The notes: generated by a model from the sequence alone, not told the origin. A DNA stretch of 64,000 nucleotides from Bdellovibrionales bacterium (GCA_965237565.1 OZ250145.1:62023-126022); one strand, 5' to 3'. Positions 49,753-60,320 are shown, numbered from the stretch's first letter. Program-made: numbers and translations.

Positions 49753-51429
49753 TTAAGCACTTTCTCTTTGTGCCAACTCCCTAACAGAAAAAGTGGAATG
49801 AATAGGGAAACGAAGTGTACACACCACTCCCTTTGGCTGATGATTCTCTAGAAAAATCTCACCTTTATAGAGCAAGACAAATTTACGTGCAATGGCCAAA
49901 CCAAGACCACTTCCACCTGATTTTCTTGAATAAAATGGATTGTAAATATAAGGAAAATCTGCATTTTTTATTCCTGTTCCATTGTCTTTTATTTTGATTG
50001 TGACCCATTTATCGTCGTCAAAAGTTTCTATCTTCAAATTAGGTTTTTGAGAATCTTTCATAGCTTCACAAGCATTCTTAACCACATTCAAAAAGATTTG
50101 TTTGAAGCGATCAAGGTTTCCTTCAATCAATCCCTGTGCTTTCAATGTAATGTGAAGGGTGATAGCCTCCCATTGTGGAGTCACACGGACCTGATCCAAT
50201 ACGCTCTCCAAAACAGAATTCACCGAAAAAACCTCTAGCTTCTCAGTTCTAGATAGAGAGGATTCGTTGCTTGTATAATCCATAAAGTCTCCAATGATCT
50301 TGTTCAGTCTGCTCACTTCTTGCAATACAATATCCATCAATTTTCTATTTTGAGAACGAAGGGGTTCATTCCACTCCATGAGCTGAATGCTTCCGCTGAT
50401 GCTGGAAAGAGGGTTTCTTAACTCATGAGCGATGCCAGTTGCCATTTTTCCAATGTGAGCAAATCTTTCCTCTTCTCTTTCTGATTTCTCCCTTTTGTGA
50501 CGTGTAGTACAGTCTTGAAAGAAAATAAGATATTTATTGGACCCTCCCTTAGTGAGAGTAAAAGGTGATGCAAAGGCTTCTATTATTTTTTGTTCGCTTG
50601 ACTCAGAAGGATACGCAAACTCGAAATGATTCATGTGCGTACCTTCCTGCTGAGATGTGTGTAAATCCAAATCGGGAAATATGCTCTTTAAAGGAGCAGA
50701 AAAAGTGGGAGGTAACTGGAGAGTTTTAAGCGCTGATGGATTTGCGTAAATAACAAAATTGTCTTCATTTACAATAAAAAGCCCCATCTTCATCTTTTCT
50801 ACAACTAATTCGCTAAAATTTTCTAGCTCATCAAATGCCCTATTGACCATTGATAAAGACCAATTCATTTTTCTCACTTGGGAGCCAAAGAGACCGCTCA
50901 ATCCCGCTACACTTAAAAAGATAAAATTGTTGATGGCAAAATTTACTAGAAGAGAACCACCTACTTCATCGGAATTCAAAATGAGAACCCATGAAAATAA
51001 CAAGGAAATAAAAAGTGCATGTAAAAAAGCCCCTCTGTATTGGCTCACCAAACCTGTGCCAACAATTTGAAGCAGGTATACAAAAATCAGTATGGGCTGT
51101 GAAACAGGAAGGACGACACTCAAACAAAGAGTCATCAAAAGAGTTTCCAGTAGTAAGAAAAACCAAAAGAAATGAAATGACTTTTTGATCTTGTTATGAA
51201 AGAAAAAATATAGAGCATCCTTTAATAGGGATAGAAAAAGCATTGAATAAATAAAAACCCAAACGCTTAGATTGAGAAATAGAGGTTGAAAAAACTGATA
51301 AAAGACAAAGCCCAATAACAAAAAAGAATGAATAATAGAATGCAAGCAATAAACAAAAAAGTATTTACTCTCTGGCTGGTGAAAAAAAGAAGATATGGTA
51401 TGAGTACGGAATGCCCTTATATCTCTCAT
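49753..51429 (-). CDS. pilS: Sensor histidine kinase PilS
   Basis: 6 TM, PAS, IAHELRNPL, NVVKNA, DNGTG, GSGLGL; follows pilC. Confidence 0.88.
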   Translation of the reverse strand: MRDIRAFRTHTISSFFHQPESKYFFVYCLHSIIHSFLLLGFVFYQFFQPLFLNLSVWVFIYSMLFLSLLKDALYFFFHNKIKKSFHFFWFFLLLETLLMTLCLSVVLPVSQPILIFVYLLQIVGTGLVSQYRGAFLHALFISLLFSWVLILNSDEVGGSLLVNFAINNFIFLSVAGLSGLFGSQVRKMNWSLSMVNRAFDELENFSELVVEKMKMGLFIVNEDNFVIYANPSALKTLQLPPTFSAPLKSIFPDLDLHTSQQEGTHMNHFEFAYPSESSEQKIIEAFASPFTLTKGGSNKYLIFFQDCTTRHKREKSEREEERFAHIGKMATGIAHELRNPLSSISGSIQLMEWNEPLRSQNRKLMDIVLQEVSRLNKIIGDFMDYTSNESSLSRTEKLEVFSVNSVLESVLDQVRVTPQWEAITLHITLKAQGLIEGNLDRFKQIFLNVVKNACEAMKDSQKPNLKIETFDDDKWVTIKIKDNGTGIKNADFPYIYNPFYSRKSGGSGLGLAIARKFVLLYKGEIFLENHQPKGVVCTLRFPIHSTFSVRELAQRESA

Positions 51430-51432
51430 TAT

Positions 51433-52647
51433 TTACACTCCCGACACAACACCGGCCATTTTAAATATGGGCAGATACAAGGAAATAACAATAAATCCAA
51501 CCATTACACCTAATACAACAATCAAAAATGGATTGATTAAATCAGAAATCGAATCAGCCGTCGTGCTTACTTGTTCTTCATAAAATTCAGCAACCTTTTC
51601 TAAAGTTGCATCCACATTTCCTGACTCCTCCCCGATTGCCACCATATGCGAAACTAATGGAGGAATCACAGATTCGTTTTTTAAGGCATTTGAAATAGTA
51701 TCCCCTTTGCCTACTTGATTTCTGATTCTTTGTATGGCCGTTTCAATAAAAAAATTGTTTGCCGTAAAAGAAGACGTATCCAAGGCTTCTAAAATATTCA
51801 CACCTGAAGCCATCAAGCAAGATAAAGTCCTTGTAAAACGAGCAATACTATTTTTAATGGCCAGACCGCCAAAAATGGGGAGCATCATGATTATTTGGTC
51901 TTTCAGTACTCTCCCACTTGGCGAACGAAGATACATGAGACCAACGAAGGGAAGAACGATAAAAACCACTGCAACCAACACGAGATTGTTGCCTAGAAAA
52001 CTGCTAGCACTTAGTAACAACTGAGTCATGATAGGGAGTTCTACGTTCGACTCAAGAAAAACACCAGCCAACTGTGGAACAACAAAAATAATCAACAAGG
52101 TGACAATAGAAACCCCAATGAGGAGAATAAACCCTGGATACATCATCGCTTTCATTACTCGGGATCTTATTTTCTCAGTCTGTTCGATATATCCAGCCAG
52201 TTGCTCAAGCATACGATCCAGATTACCACTCGTCTCACCTGAGCGAATCAAGCTAACAAACAGCTGACCAAAAACAGAGGGATAATTCGCTAAAGCCTCT
52301 GAGAGGGATTGTCCTCTCTTGATATCCTGTATTATGCTATTGGTGACTTGTTTCAAAACCATTGATTGACAGATTTCTCTTACAATTTGGAGTCCCTGCA
52401 CAATAGGAATTCCAGCTTTTACAAGAAAAGCCAATTGTCTCGTGAACTCGACCAAAGATTTTAATTTAACTGTTTGCTCCCCGCTACCCAGAGCAAAGAT
52501 AGATTTCTCCATGTGGATAGAGATGGGTTCTAAATTTTTAGAGTTCAATCTCTCTATGACATCTGTTCTTGAGTCAGCTTTCAGTTTGCCTGAAAATGTT
52601 TTCCCACTCTCGGCTTTAGCTCTAAATCTAAAAGTTCTCATTTTCAA
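51433..52647 (-). CDS. pilC: Type IV pilus platform protein PilC
   Basis: FTRQLA, GETSGNLD, AMMYP, GEESG, LYLPIF. Confidence 0.95.
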   Translation of the reverse strand: MKMRTFRFRAKAESGKTFSGKLKADSRTDVIERLNSKNLEPISIHMEKSIFALGSGEQTVKLKSLVEFTRQLAFLVKAGIPIVQGLQIVREICQSMVLKQVTNSIIQDIKRGQSLSEALANYPSVFGQLFVSLIRSGETSGNLDRMLEQLAGYIEQTEKIRSRVMKAMMYPGFILLIGVSIVTLLIIFVVPQLAGVFLESNVELPIMTQLLLSASSFLGNNLVLVAVVFIVLPFVGLMYLRSPSGRVLKDQIIMMLPIFGGLAIKNSIARFTRTLSCLMASGVNILEALDTSSFTANNFFIETAIQRIRNQVGKGDTISNALKNESVIPPLVSHMVAIGEESGNVDATLEKVAEFYEEQVSTTADSISDLINPFLIVVLGVMVGFIVISLYLPIFKMAGVVSGV

Positions 52648-52679
52648 TAATCTCCAATTGAAAAAATTGTTTTCACACT

Positions 52680-53765
52680 CTACGCAGTTTTCCTACCACC
52701 CTTTTTTCTCGTGAGCATCTCATCCAACTCAGCGTGATCTCCACTCACATTGAAGGCTGCGTCTTCCGTAATCAAACCCGACTTCAATAGTTCAAACAAA
52801 GATTGATTCATCGTGATGAATCCGCTGGTCCTTTGCGTTTGCATAATACTATAAATTTGATTTTGCTTTCCTTCTCTTATTAAATTCCTCACAGAGGGAG
52901 GAAACAACAAAACTTCCACAGCTGGCACTCTCCCCTTTCCATCAGCGGTTGGTAGCAAGCTCTGACACATGATACCCTGAAGAACGGAGCTGAGTTGGTA
53001 CTGAACCAACTTGCGCTCTTCCCCTGAAAACACTCCTGTGAGCCTTTCAATGGCACTACAAGCACTGTTCGTATGAAGAGTTCCAAAAGCCAAGTGTCCC
53101 GTTTCCGCAATTTGCAAAGCGTTTTCAATTGTTTCTCTATCTCTCATCTCACCTAGCAAACAAACATCCGGGTCCATTCTCAGAGCAGCCTTCAAAGACA
53201 TCGCAAAACTTTCAACATCCAGACCCACTTCTCTTTGATTCACAATGGCTTTCTCATGTGGATACACAAATTCAATAGGATCTTCTATCGTGATGATATG
53301 ACATTTTCTTGTTTTGTTAATTTCATTAATTATGGAAGCCAAAGTGGTGGATTTTCCCGAACCCGTTGGACCAGTGATTAATATCAAGCCATAAGGTTTT
53401 TTACTTAGTTCGTGAAGAACTGGAGGGAGTCCAATATCAGAGAGTTTCGGAATGTGTGTGGGGATGTGACGGAAGGAACCCGCCACGGTTTGTTTTTGGT
53501 GGTAGAGGTGACCACGAAAACGACCATATTTTTCTATCCCAAAACTGAAATCCAAATCCTTGTGAGATTCAAAATGAGCTTTCTGTTCGTCCGTAATAAT
53601 TGAATAACAAAGCTCCTTACTCTGTTGTACTGTCAAAGGATCTACATTCAGACGAATGATCTCTCCATTCACCCTCAAGCCAGGGGCTGTCCCTGGGGTA
53701 ATATGGATATCAGATGCCAATTCTCGCACAGCAGTTTTCAGAATTTGCACTAATGAGATCCTCAT
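52680..53765 (-). CDS. pilT: Type IV pilus retraction ATPase PilT
   Basis: ASDIH, GPTGSGKSTT, TIEDPIE, GEMRD, AETGH, TLHT, SVRNLIRE. Confidence 0.96.
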   Translation of the reverse strand: MRISLVQILKTAVRELASDIHITPGTAPGLRVNGEIIRLNVDPLTVQQSKELCYSIITDEQKAHFESHKDLDFSFGIEKYGRFRGHLYHQKQTVAGSFRHIPTHIPKLSDIGLPPVLHELSKKPYGLILITGPTGSGKSTTLASIINEINKTRKCHIITIEDPIEFVYPHEKAIVNQREVGLDVESFAMSLKAALRMDPDVCLLGEMRDRETIENALQIAETGHLAFGTLHTNSACSAIERLTGVFSGEERKLVQYQLSSVLQGIMCQSLLPTADGKGRVPAVEVLLFPPSVRNLIREGKQNQIYSIMQTQRTSGFITMNQSLFELLKSGLITEDAAFNVSGDHAELDEMLTRKKGGRKTA

Positions 53766-55544
53766 TTATTCATCCTCCAAGGTGCCGTAAAGAACTTCCT
53801 CAATAGACGTAATACCTTTCGATAGTAACTTTAGTGCCTGTGCTCTTAGAGTTTGCAGATTGCTTCTTTCGATCGCCAATTTCTTCATTTTTCTAGGGGA
53901 AATTCCTTGCAGAATTCCTTGTTTCAATTCGCTTGAAATCTCAAGCATTTCAAAGACAGCTACTCGACCTTTGTAGCCCGTATTGTTGCAATCCCTACAA
54001 CCTTCTCCCTTCATTATCTTGGGTAAAGCTTGTTCGGCATCTGCCTGTGAAAAGCCCAAGTTCACTAAGATCTTTGTATTTACCTTGTCATAAACTTTGC
54101 AATCGAGACACAAGACACGAACCAAACGTTGAGAGATAACTAAAGATGTATTTTCTGCCACACTGTACGCAGGGATACCAATATCCAATAAACGAGTGAT
54201 GGTTGAAGTTACATCATTGGTATGCAAAGTACTCAGAACCAAATGGCCTGTCGCAGCTGCGTGATAGGCCATATTAGCTGTTTCTATATCCCTAATTTCT
54301 CCAACTAAAATGACATCAGGGTCTTGACGCAGAAAGGAGCGCATAGCTGATGCAAAACCAAAACCAATTTTTGGATTCACTTGCACCTGATTGATCCCAG
54401 GCAACTTAAATTCTACGGGGTCCTCGACCGTAGACAAGTTTTTACTTATTGTGTTCAAATCCACCAAGCCGGAATAAAGAGTGGTTGTCTTTCCACTTCC
54501 TGTAGGTCCTGTAACCAATATGAAGCCTTGGCTTTGGCCTAAATATTTACGAAAAAGTCCCAGTTGTTCTTTATCCATACCCAAATTATTAATTCTGTTC
54601 GTCACAGATGATGTATCTAAAATTCTAAGAACGATCTTTTCCCCACTAATAACCGGAATACAACTCACCCGAAAACTAACTGTCTTCCTTCCGCATTTTA
54701 CTTTCAAACGACCATCTTGAGGCAATCTCTTCTCACTAATATCCATACCTGTGAGAACTTTCACACGATTGATGATAGCTGAGGCAGAACTAAGAGGAGG
54801 GCTTAAAAATTCACACAAACGGCCATCAATTCTGTAGCGAACACGAAAACTTTTCTCGTAGATTTCCAAATGAATGTCAGAACAATCCGTTTGAATTCCC
54901 TCACTAATCAGGTAATTCGTACTTTGAATAACAGGATTACTATTTATTTCATCAAGGTCTACGAAAGGGAGTTCTGGCTCCACACTTTTTGCATTTTTTG
55001 ATTCCATGGCGAAAAACACATTCTTCATGTTTTGCTCCTTGGAATAATAGATCTCAATGAATTCCTTAATTTTATCTAGGTCAGCGACCACCATTTCTAC
55101 CTTAGAGTTGGTCACTGAAGACACGTCCCCCTTTGCTTCCACATCTCCTGGATCAAAAGAGGCCACAATAATGGTCCCTTCCACTTCTGTAAGAGGAATG
55201 ATATTGTACTTCTCACAAATTCTTTTAGGGACTTTCATAATCACATTTGGATCGGGTTCAAATTCAGACAAATTGACTTTTTGAACATTGTATTGCTTGG
55301 CTAAGTGATTTGCTATGTCGATTCCTGACAAGTGGCCAGAGCTAGCCAAGGCATCCATAAATTCTCTTCGATTTTTTCCGCTCAGGTTTTGAATCTTATC
55401 CAATTCAGCAGGAACAAGAGTCTCTGTATGCACTCGAAGACGTAGACTCTGGTCTTTATGCCCTTGTTTGGGCTTTGCTTTACTCCTCTGGTTTGGAACA
55501 AAGCTAGTCTTCGTGGCTAGATTTCCCTTCCGTTTCAACGTCAT
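53766..55544 (-). CDS. pilB: Type IV pilus assembly ATPase PilB
   Basis: SDIH, MDISEKRLPQDGR, GPTGSGKTTT, LRQDPD, GEIRD, CLDC...CRDC, GYKGR. Confidence 0.95.
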   Translation of the reverse strand: MTLKRKGNLATKTSFVPNQRSKAKPKQGHKDQSLRLRVHTETLVPAELDKIQNLSGKNRREFMDALASSGHLSGIDIANHLAKQYNVQKVNLSEFEPDPNVIMKVPKRICEKYNIIPLTEVEGTIIVASFDPGDVEAKGDVSSVTNSKVEMVVADLDKIKEFIEIYYSKEQNMKNVFFAMESKNAKSVEPELPFVDLDEINSNPVIQSTNYLISEGIQTDCSDIHLEIYEKSFRVRYRIDGRLCEFLSPPLSSASAIINRVKVLTGMDISEKRLPQDGRLKVKCGRKTVSFRVSCIPVISGEKIVLRILDTSSVTNRINNLGMDKEQLGLFRKYLGQSQGFILVTGPTGSGKTTTLYSGLVDLNTISKNLSTVEDPVEFKLPGINQVQVNPKIGFGFASAMRSFLRQDPDVILVGEIRDIETANMAYHAAATGHLVLSTLHTNDVTSTITRLLDIGIPAYSVAENTSLVISQRLVRVLCLDCKVYDKVNTKILVNLGFSQADAEQALPKIMKGEGCRDCNNTGYKGRVAVFEMLEISSELKQGILQGISPRKMKKLAIERSNLQTLRAQALKLLSKGITSIEEVLYGTLEDE

Positions 55545-55584
55545 GATACACCTTAGTCTTGTTCGTTGGAGATCCTTCCACTTC

Positions 55585-55611
55585 CTATCGGCTGGATGGA
55601 TAAGAATTTAA
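55585..55611 (-). promoter_or_regulatory. Putative sigma-28 (FliA)-like promoter for the pilB operon
   Basis: Minus strand TTAAATTC-N11-GCCGATAG, ~40 nt upstream of the pilB ATG. Confidence 0.55.
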
Positions 55612-55628
55612 ATATTTTTTATACTTTC

Positions 55629-55706
55629 GCTTGCTAATAAGCATTGGGTACAAACTTGCCGATGACCATTGGATACAAGCTTGCTAATGATTCAATTTGG
55701 ATACAA
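55629..55706. repeat. Three degenerate ~25-bp tandem repeats between ribF and pilB
   Basis: gcttgctaataagcattgggtacaa / acttgccgatgaccattggatacaa / gcttgctaatgattcaatttggatacaa. Confidence 0.8.
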
Positions 55707-55709
55707 AAA

Positions 55710-56639
55710 CTAGAAAATTTGAAAATATCTCTTAGCGACCTGAATGTCCTTTTTAATTTGATGGATCAATTCCCTAGAATGAGAGAATTTTTTTTCAGGT
55801 CTTATGTATTGGAGAATCTCAAACTCACATTTTGGTTCTTGCCACTGAATGTTTTTCTCAATCACATGAATTTCTATTTTTTTTAAACCCTTGGAGGAAA
55901 AAGTTGGTCCTACTCCAATATTAACAACTGACTGGAATAATTGATTTTTTACTTTCAATCGAGCGATATACACTCCATTTGCTGGAAGCAGTTGATTTTC
56001 CTCAACTTGCAAATTAATCGTTGGAAATCCCAATTTTTGAGCCAAGCCCTTTCCCTTGGAAACCAAAGCGATAATGGAAAAGGGCCTCCCCAGTAAGTGA
56101 GAAACAAGATCCCATTTCCCAGATGCGACGGCACTTCTGATTAAAGAACTGGACACAATCAGACCTTTTTGCCTCACAGGAGCTATAATTTTCACAGCAA
56201 ATTGATAATGTTGTCCCAGTTTCTGCAACAATTCACTGGAGCCTTCGTTGTTGGCACCAAAACGAAAATCATGTCCGACAACAATGAGACTGGGCTGAAT
56301 AAAATCAACAATGTGTTTTTTTATAAACTCCATGGGAGAGAGCTTAGAAAAAGCCTCTGAAAAAGTTTCTATAATCAAAGCATCTAAACCCAACTGGCTG
56401 AGCATTTGTTTCAACTGTAAAGTCGAACAAAGTCTTTTGGTTTTTTTGTCTGGAGAGAGCACGTGAGAGGGATGAGGATCAAATGTATAAAGCAAAGATG
56501 AACAGTCCGTTGCATCAGCTGATTGAATCACAGAGTCAATCAGCTTTTTGTGTCCCACGTGCAATCCATCGAAATTGCCGATCGTTAAAACAGCACCTCT
56601 ATCCAAGTGATAGGATTGGCCACCTTCTATAATTTTCAT
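55710..56639 (-). CDS. ribF: Bifunctional riboflavin kinase/FAD synthetase
   Basis: IGNFDGLHVGH, TFDPHP, VGHDFRFG, SSSLIR, LGFPTIN, GPTF, IRPEKKF. Confidence 0.97.
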   Translation of the reverse strand: MKIIEGGQSYHLDRGAVLTIGNFDGLHVGHKKLIDSVIQSADATDCSSLLYTFDPHPSHVLSPDKKTKRLCSTLQLKQMLSQLGLDALIIETFSEAFSKLSPMEFIKKHIVDFIQPSLIVVGHDFRFGANNEGSSELLQKLGQHYQFAVKIIAPVRQKGLIVSSSLIRSAVASGKWDLVSHLLGRPFSIIALVSKGKGLAQKLGFPTINLQVEENQLLPANGVYIARLKVKNQLFQSVVNIGVGPTFSSKGLKKIEIHVIEKNIQWQEPKCEFEILQYIRPEKKFSHSRELIHQIKKDIQVAKRYFQIF

Positions 56640-56656
56640 ATTTCTATCTCAGAAGC

Positions 56657-57133
56657 TTATTTTTTTTCAAAAAGAACATAGGCACACAATTCCACCTGAA
56701 CAGCCACCTCACCTTTTACGCTTGCCACTCCTTCACTCCAATAAAAATTTGATTTTTTTCGATTGATCTTTAGCCTGATATCCAATACATCCCCGGGCAG
56801 GACCGGCTTTTTGAATCGAATATTTTTTGATCCGGCAAAAAATAAGCTTTTAATGGCTGGATCCCCTCGCATTCCACAACAACACAAGGCCCCTGCTTGG
56901 CCAATGGCTTCCACAATCAACACACCCGGCATAATGGGATTGCCAGGAAAGTGACCAGTGAAAAATGGCTCATTGGCTGTCACATTTTTTTGGGCCAGAA
57001 TCACTCGCCCAATGCGTTTCCCCACTTCTTCCTCAGTAATTTGTTTTACCAGATCTACCAAGAGAAAAGGATATCTATGAGGTATGAGTTTTTGTATGCT
57101 CTCAGTTCTCAGAGGAAAATAGGAAGTCGCCAA
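56657..57133 (-). CDS. fabZ: 3-hydroxyacyl-ACP dehydratase
   Basis: IPHRYPFLLVD, FFTGHFP, MPGVLIVEA, FKKPVLPGD. Confidence 0.96.
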   Translation of the reverse strand: MATSYFPLRTESIQKLIPHRYPFLLVDLVKQITEEEVGKRIGRVILAQKNVTANEPFFTGHFPGNPIMPGVLIVEAIGQAGALCCCGMRGDPAIKSLFFAGSKNIRFKKPVLPGDVLDIRLKINRKKSNFYWSEGVASVKGEVAVQVELCAYVLFEKK

Positions 57134-57146
57134 GAGAAGAAACTCC

Positions 57147-57710
57147 TTATCTCATCTTATGCTTTTTCTTATAGGCAAAGATGACTTTATCTGTCAGATC
57201 CAAACGAGGACTCACCCACAAAGCTCCGTCTCTGTTCCTTATAACAGATACTTTTTCTCTCCGAGCGATTCTACTCACAACGTTTGTGATCCTTTTCAAT
57301 ACTTCTTTTCTCATATTCGCTTCCATTTTCTGAAACTCCAACTCCTTTGTTTTCACAAACTGTTCTAAGGAGAGTTGCATTTTTTGCATCTCTTCATATT
57401 TTTTTAATTTTTCTTCTTCCGATAGCAAAACAACATCTTTTCTGAGTTGATTCGCCCTTTTTTGGTATTCCTCACTCTTTTTACGAATGACAGATTGTAT
57501 TTTTTTTTGTTGCTTTTCTAGTTGTCGAAACATTTTTTTTTGTTCTCCCGTTTTTTCGACACACTCATTAATGCTCACATAAGCAATATTCAGATCGGAA
57601 TCTTTTGATTTGCTTTTCTCACTATCTTTGTTTGCAAAACCCAGCGGATGTACAGCCAAAAACATGAAAGCAAAGACAAACAAAAAAATATTTTTTAATC
57701 TTTGGTACAT
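57147..57710 (-). CDS. skp: Skp/OmpH periplasmic chaperone
   Basis: Signal peptide, IAYV, long coiled coil, DLTDKVI; downstream of bamA. Confidence 0.85.
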   Translation of the reverse strand: MYQRLKNIFLFVFAFMFLAVHPLGFANKDSEKSKSKDSDLNIAYVSINECVEKTGEQKKMFRQLEKQQKKIQSVIRKKSEEYQKRANQLRKDVVLLSEEEKLKKYEEMQKMQLSLEQFVKTKELEFQKMEANMRKEVLKRITNVVSRIARREKVSVIRNRDGALWVSPRLDLTDKVIFAYKKKHKMR

Positions 57711-57788
57711 AATCTCCTCCTTCTAAAAAATTCGCAAAAAATCTTCGTTCCAGATAATAAAACACACTTTATCACGTTCACACAACAA

Positions 57789-60230
57789 TTAAAATGGAAG
57801 TCCCATCGCAAAGTTGAAATGGAAGCGACTTTCTCCCTGTTCTTCTCTAGGACGAAAAGGGAATCCCCACTCTATGCGAATAGGAGCCAAAGGAGTAAAT
57901 ACTCGTATGCCAAATCCCCAATTCGCCCTTAAATCGATGGATTCTATTTCATCATAAGCGGAACCGACATCCAGAAATACGATACCCAAGAAACGAGCTT
58001 TCGGGAAGATAGGAATTTGCAACTCTATATTTGTATAAAACTCCCGCATGCCTCCATAAATCAACTGGCTCAACTGTTTGGGATTTGGATGCCCATATTT
58101 TACAGCCTTTCTAAAAATTGTATCCGACTGTTTTCTTGGACCTACAGAAAAATATTGAAACCCCCTCAGTTGATTGATTCCTCCTAAAAGAAATAGGCGA
58201 TCAAAAGGTACGGAAGGGTCAGAATCTTCGAAATCAAAATACTGGCTATATGTAACATTGGTCCGAAAGACAAGGTCCCACATCAATTTCTGATAGAATC
58301 GAAAATAGCCAGACAAAGTCGTGTAGTTAAATTTTCCAAATAGTCCATTATAAGCCAAAGAGCCACGAGAATGGATTCCAGACGTTGGAAAGAGTCGATC
58401 ATCCCTCGTATCGTACTCTAGACTTCCTTCGATTGGATCACGAAATCCGCTCGCTTCTTTTTCTGAAAAAAGAATTCTGTCTATGTTACTTTTTATATTC
58501 ACTCGTTCCAGTTTATAATTCAAAAACAGTCTGAAAGAATCTGTCAGAAAACGACCCAATGTGATGCCTGTACCAATTTTTTGTTCCGAAAACCCGCGAT
58601 GATTCCTACTCTTTTCCAAACTAACTAGGCAGGCCTGCTGAGCTAGACCCAAATCTTGTTGGCCGTTTTTGTTTTCTTTTAGAGCCCTCTCATATATTTC
58701 ACAATCACCGAAAAAGGAACGGGAACTTTCATCCCAATTGTTAAGGGAAAAACTGGTTCCAAAATACCACTTCGAATCTAAGAAAAAAGGATCAGAAAAC
58801 GCAAAATTAATAAACTGACGAGTCTTGCTGAGATTAGTGTCCAAACCAAAATTGTAGCCCTTTCCAAAAAGATTCAATTTGTGCAGTCTCAAATTAATGG
58901 AAAAACCAAAGCTGGCATCAAACTGAACACCCAATTCAAAAACTCCTGTGTTCTCTCTTTCTTTCACAATCACATCTATATCTACCAAATCATCCCTATC
59001 TTTAATTGTCTTTGGTAGAATTTCCACTTCATCAAAAAATCCAAGTCTTTTGATATTCGCAAGGGATTGATCTTTTTTTGTCTCGTTGTAGAGGTCTGTT
59101 TCAAAAATTCTTACTTCTCTCCGAATAACTTTATCTCTTGTATATTGATTTCCTTTTATGTGGATCATTCCAATCTTGACCTTTTTGCCCTTTTGAATAT
59201 TAAAAAGAACATGAATAACCTTATCATCCCCAGGTTGATTAAAAAATTTTGGGACTACATTTACGAAAGCATATCCTTTGTCTCCATATTTTTTTTGAAT
59301 CCGTTCAATATCTTTTTGAAATTTTCCATAGGAAAAAATTTCCAACTCTTTTGTTTGCAAACCTTCCTTTAAATAATCCTCTGTGAAAACAAGCTCTCCA
59401 CCAAAATTGATAGAACCAAGCTTGTAGGAATCTCCTTCTGTAATGGAAATATAAATTGTGAGATCTTTTCGGTCGGGTGAGATAAAAACTTCTGGCTTCT
59501 CAATATGGACCTTCCAGTATCCTCTATCCAAGTAGATGAAGCGGATATTGTTTAAATCTTTTTCTAAACTTTCCTCGTTGTAGATACCTGTAGAAGAAAT
59601 AAAACTAAATAATTCCCTTTCCTTATTGGACATGAAAGATCTTAATTCATCAGAAGGAATAGACTCATTACCAATAAAATGAATTCTATTGATTGTAATT
59701 TTTTCATTCTCCTGAATGTGAATGACTAATTGAACGAATCCAAGATGGGATATTTTTTTGATCGAATGAGAAATTTCTACCAGATAGTAACCTTTTTTCT
59801 CATACTCCGTCCTCAATCGATCCATGGCTTCTCTGATTTTTTTATGATCCAAAAAAGTATAACGGAAAACACGAAAAATTTCGTCCAGCTCTTTTTTACT
59901 CAAATCATCATTGCCTTTGTAAATGATTTTTTCAACAATGGGCTTTTCTTTTACTTTGTAAACAAGAACCACCGCACCTTTTTTATCTCTGTTTAAAGAA
60001 ACATCGATGTTGTAAAACCAGCCCGTACCAAATAGATTTTTAACATCTTTTTGTACTTTCCAAAGGCTATAGGATTGCTTCCTCTTCGAAGAGAGCTTGG
60101 AGCGAATGGCTGAAGCTTCAACAGTTTGATTTCCTTTGATGATAATTTTACTAATGCGATTGGAAAGAGCCAATGGAGACCATGAAAAGAAAATTAAAAA
60201 ACAAAGAAGGAGGAAAGATCGAAATCTCAT
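57789..60230 (-). CDS. bamA: Outer membrane protein assembly factor BamA
   Basis: POTRA repeats (GN..TRDKVIRRE, LGFF), LRGF, C-terminal FAMGLPF; likely ATG 60230. Confidence 0.95.
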   Translation of the reverse strand: MRFRSFLLLCFLIFFSWSPLALSNRISKIIIKGNQTVEASAIRSKLSSKRKQSYSLWKVQKDVKNLFGTGWFYNIDVSLNRDKKGAVVLVYKVKEKPIVEKIIYKGNDDLSKKELDEIFRVFRYTFLDHKKIREAMDRLRTEYEKKGYYLVEISHSIKKISHLGFVQLVIHIQENEKITINRIHFIGNESIPSDELRSFMSNKERELFSFISSTGIYNEESLEKDLNNIRFIYLDRGYWKVHIEKPEVFISPDRKDLTIYISITEGDSYKLGSINFGGELVFTEDYLKEGLQTKELEIFSYGKFQKDIERIQKKYGDKGYAFVNVVPKFFNQPGDDKVIHVLFNIQKGKKVKIGMIHIKGNQYTRDKVIRREVRIFETDLYNETKKDQSLANIKRLGFFDEVEILPKTIKDRDDLVDIDVIVKERENTGVFELGVQFDASFGFSINLRLHKLNLFGKGYNFGLDTNLSKTRQFINFAFSDPFFLDSKWYFGTSFSLNNWDESSRSFFGDCEIYERALKENKNGQQDLGLAQQACLVSLEKSRNHRGFSEQKIGTGITLGRFLTDSFRLFLNYKLERVNIKSNIDRILFSEKEASGFRDPIEGSLEYDTRDDRLFPTSGIHSRGSLAYNGLFGKFNYTTLSGYFRFYQKLMWDLVFRTNVTYSQYFDFEDSDPSVPFDRLFLLGGINQLRGFQYFSVGPRKQSDTIFRKAVKYGHPNPKQLSQLIYGGMREFYTNIELQIPIFPKARFLGIVFLDVGSAYDEIESIDLRANWGFGIRVFTPLAPIRIEWGFPFRPREEQGESRFHFNFAMGLPF

Positions 60231-60320
60231 ACTTTTATTCTTCCATATAGTTTTTGAAAAGACTCTACACACAAAGGCGTCAAGCTATCTTGAAAGAAAG
60301 ATCTTGTCAAAAGCACACTC

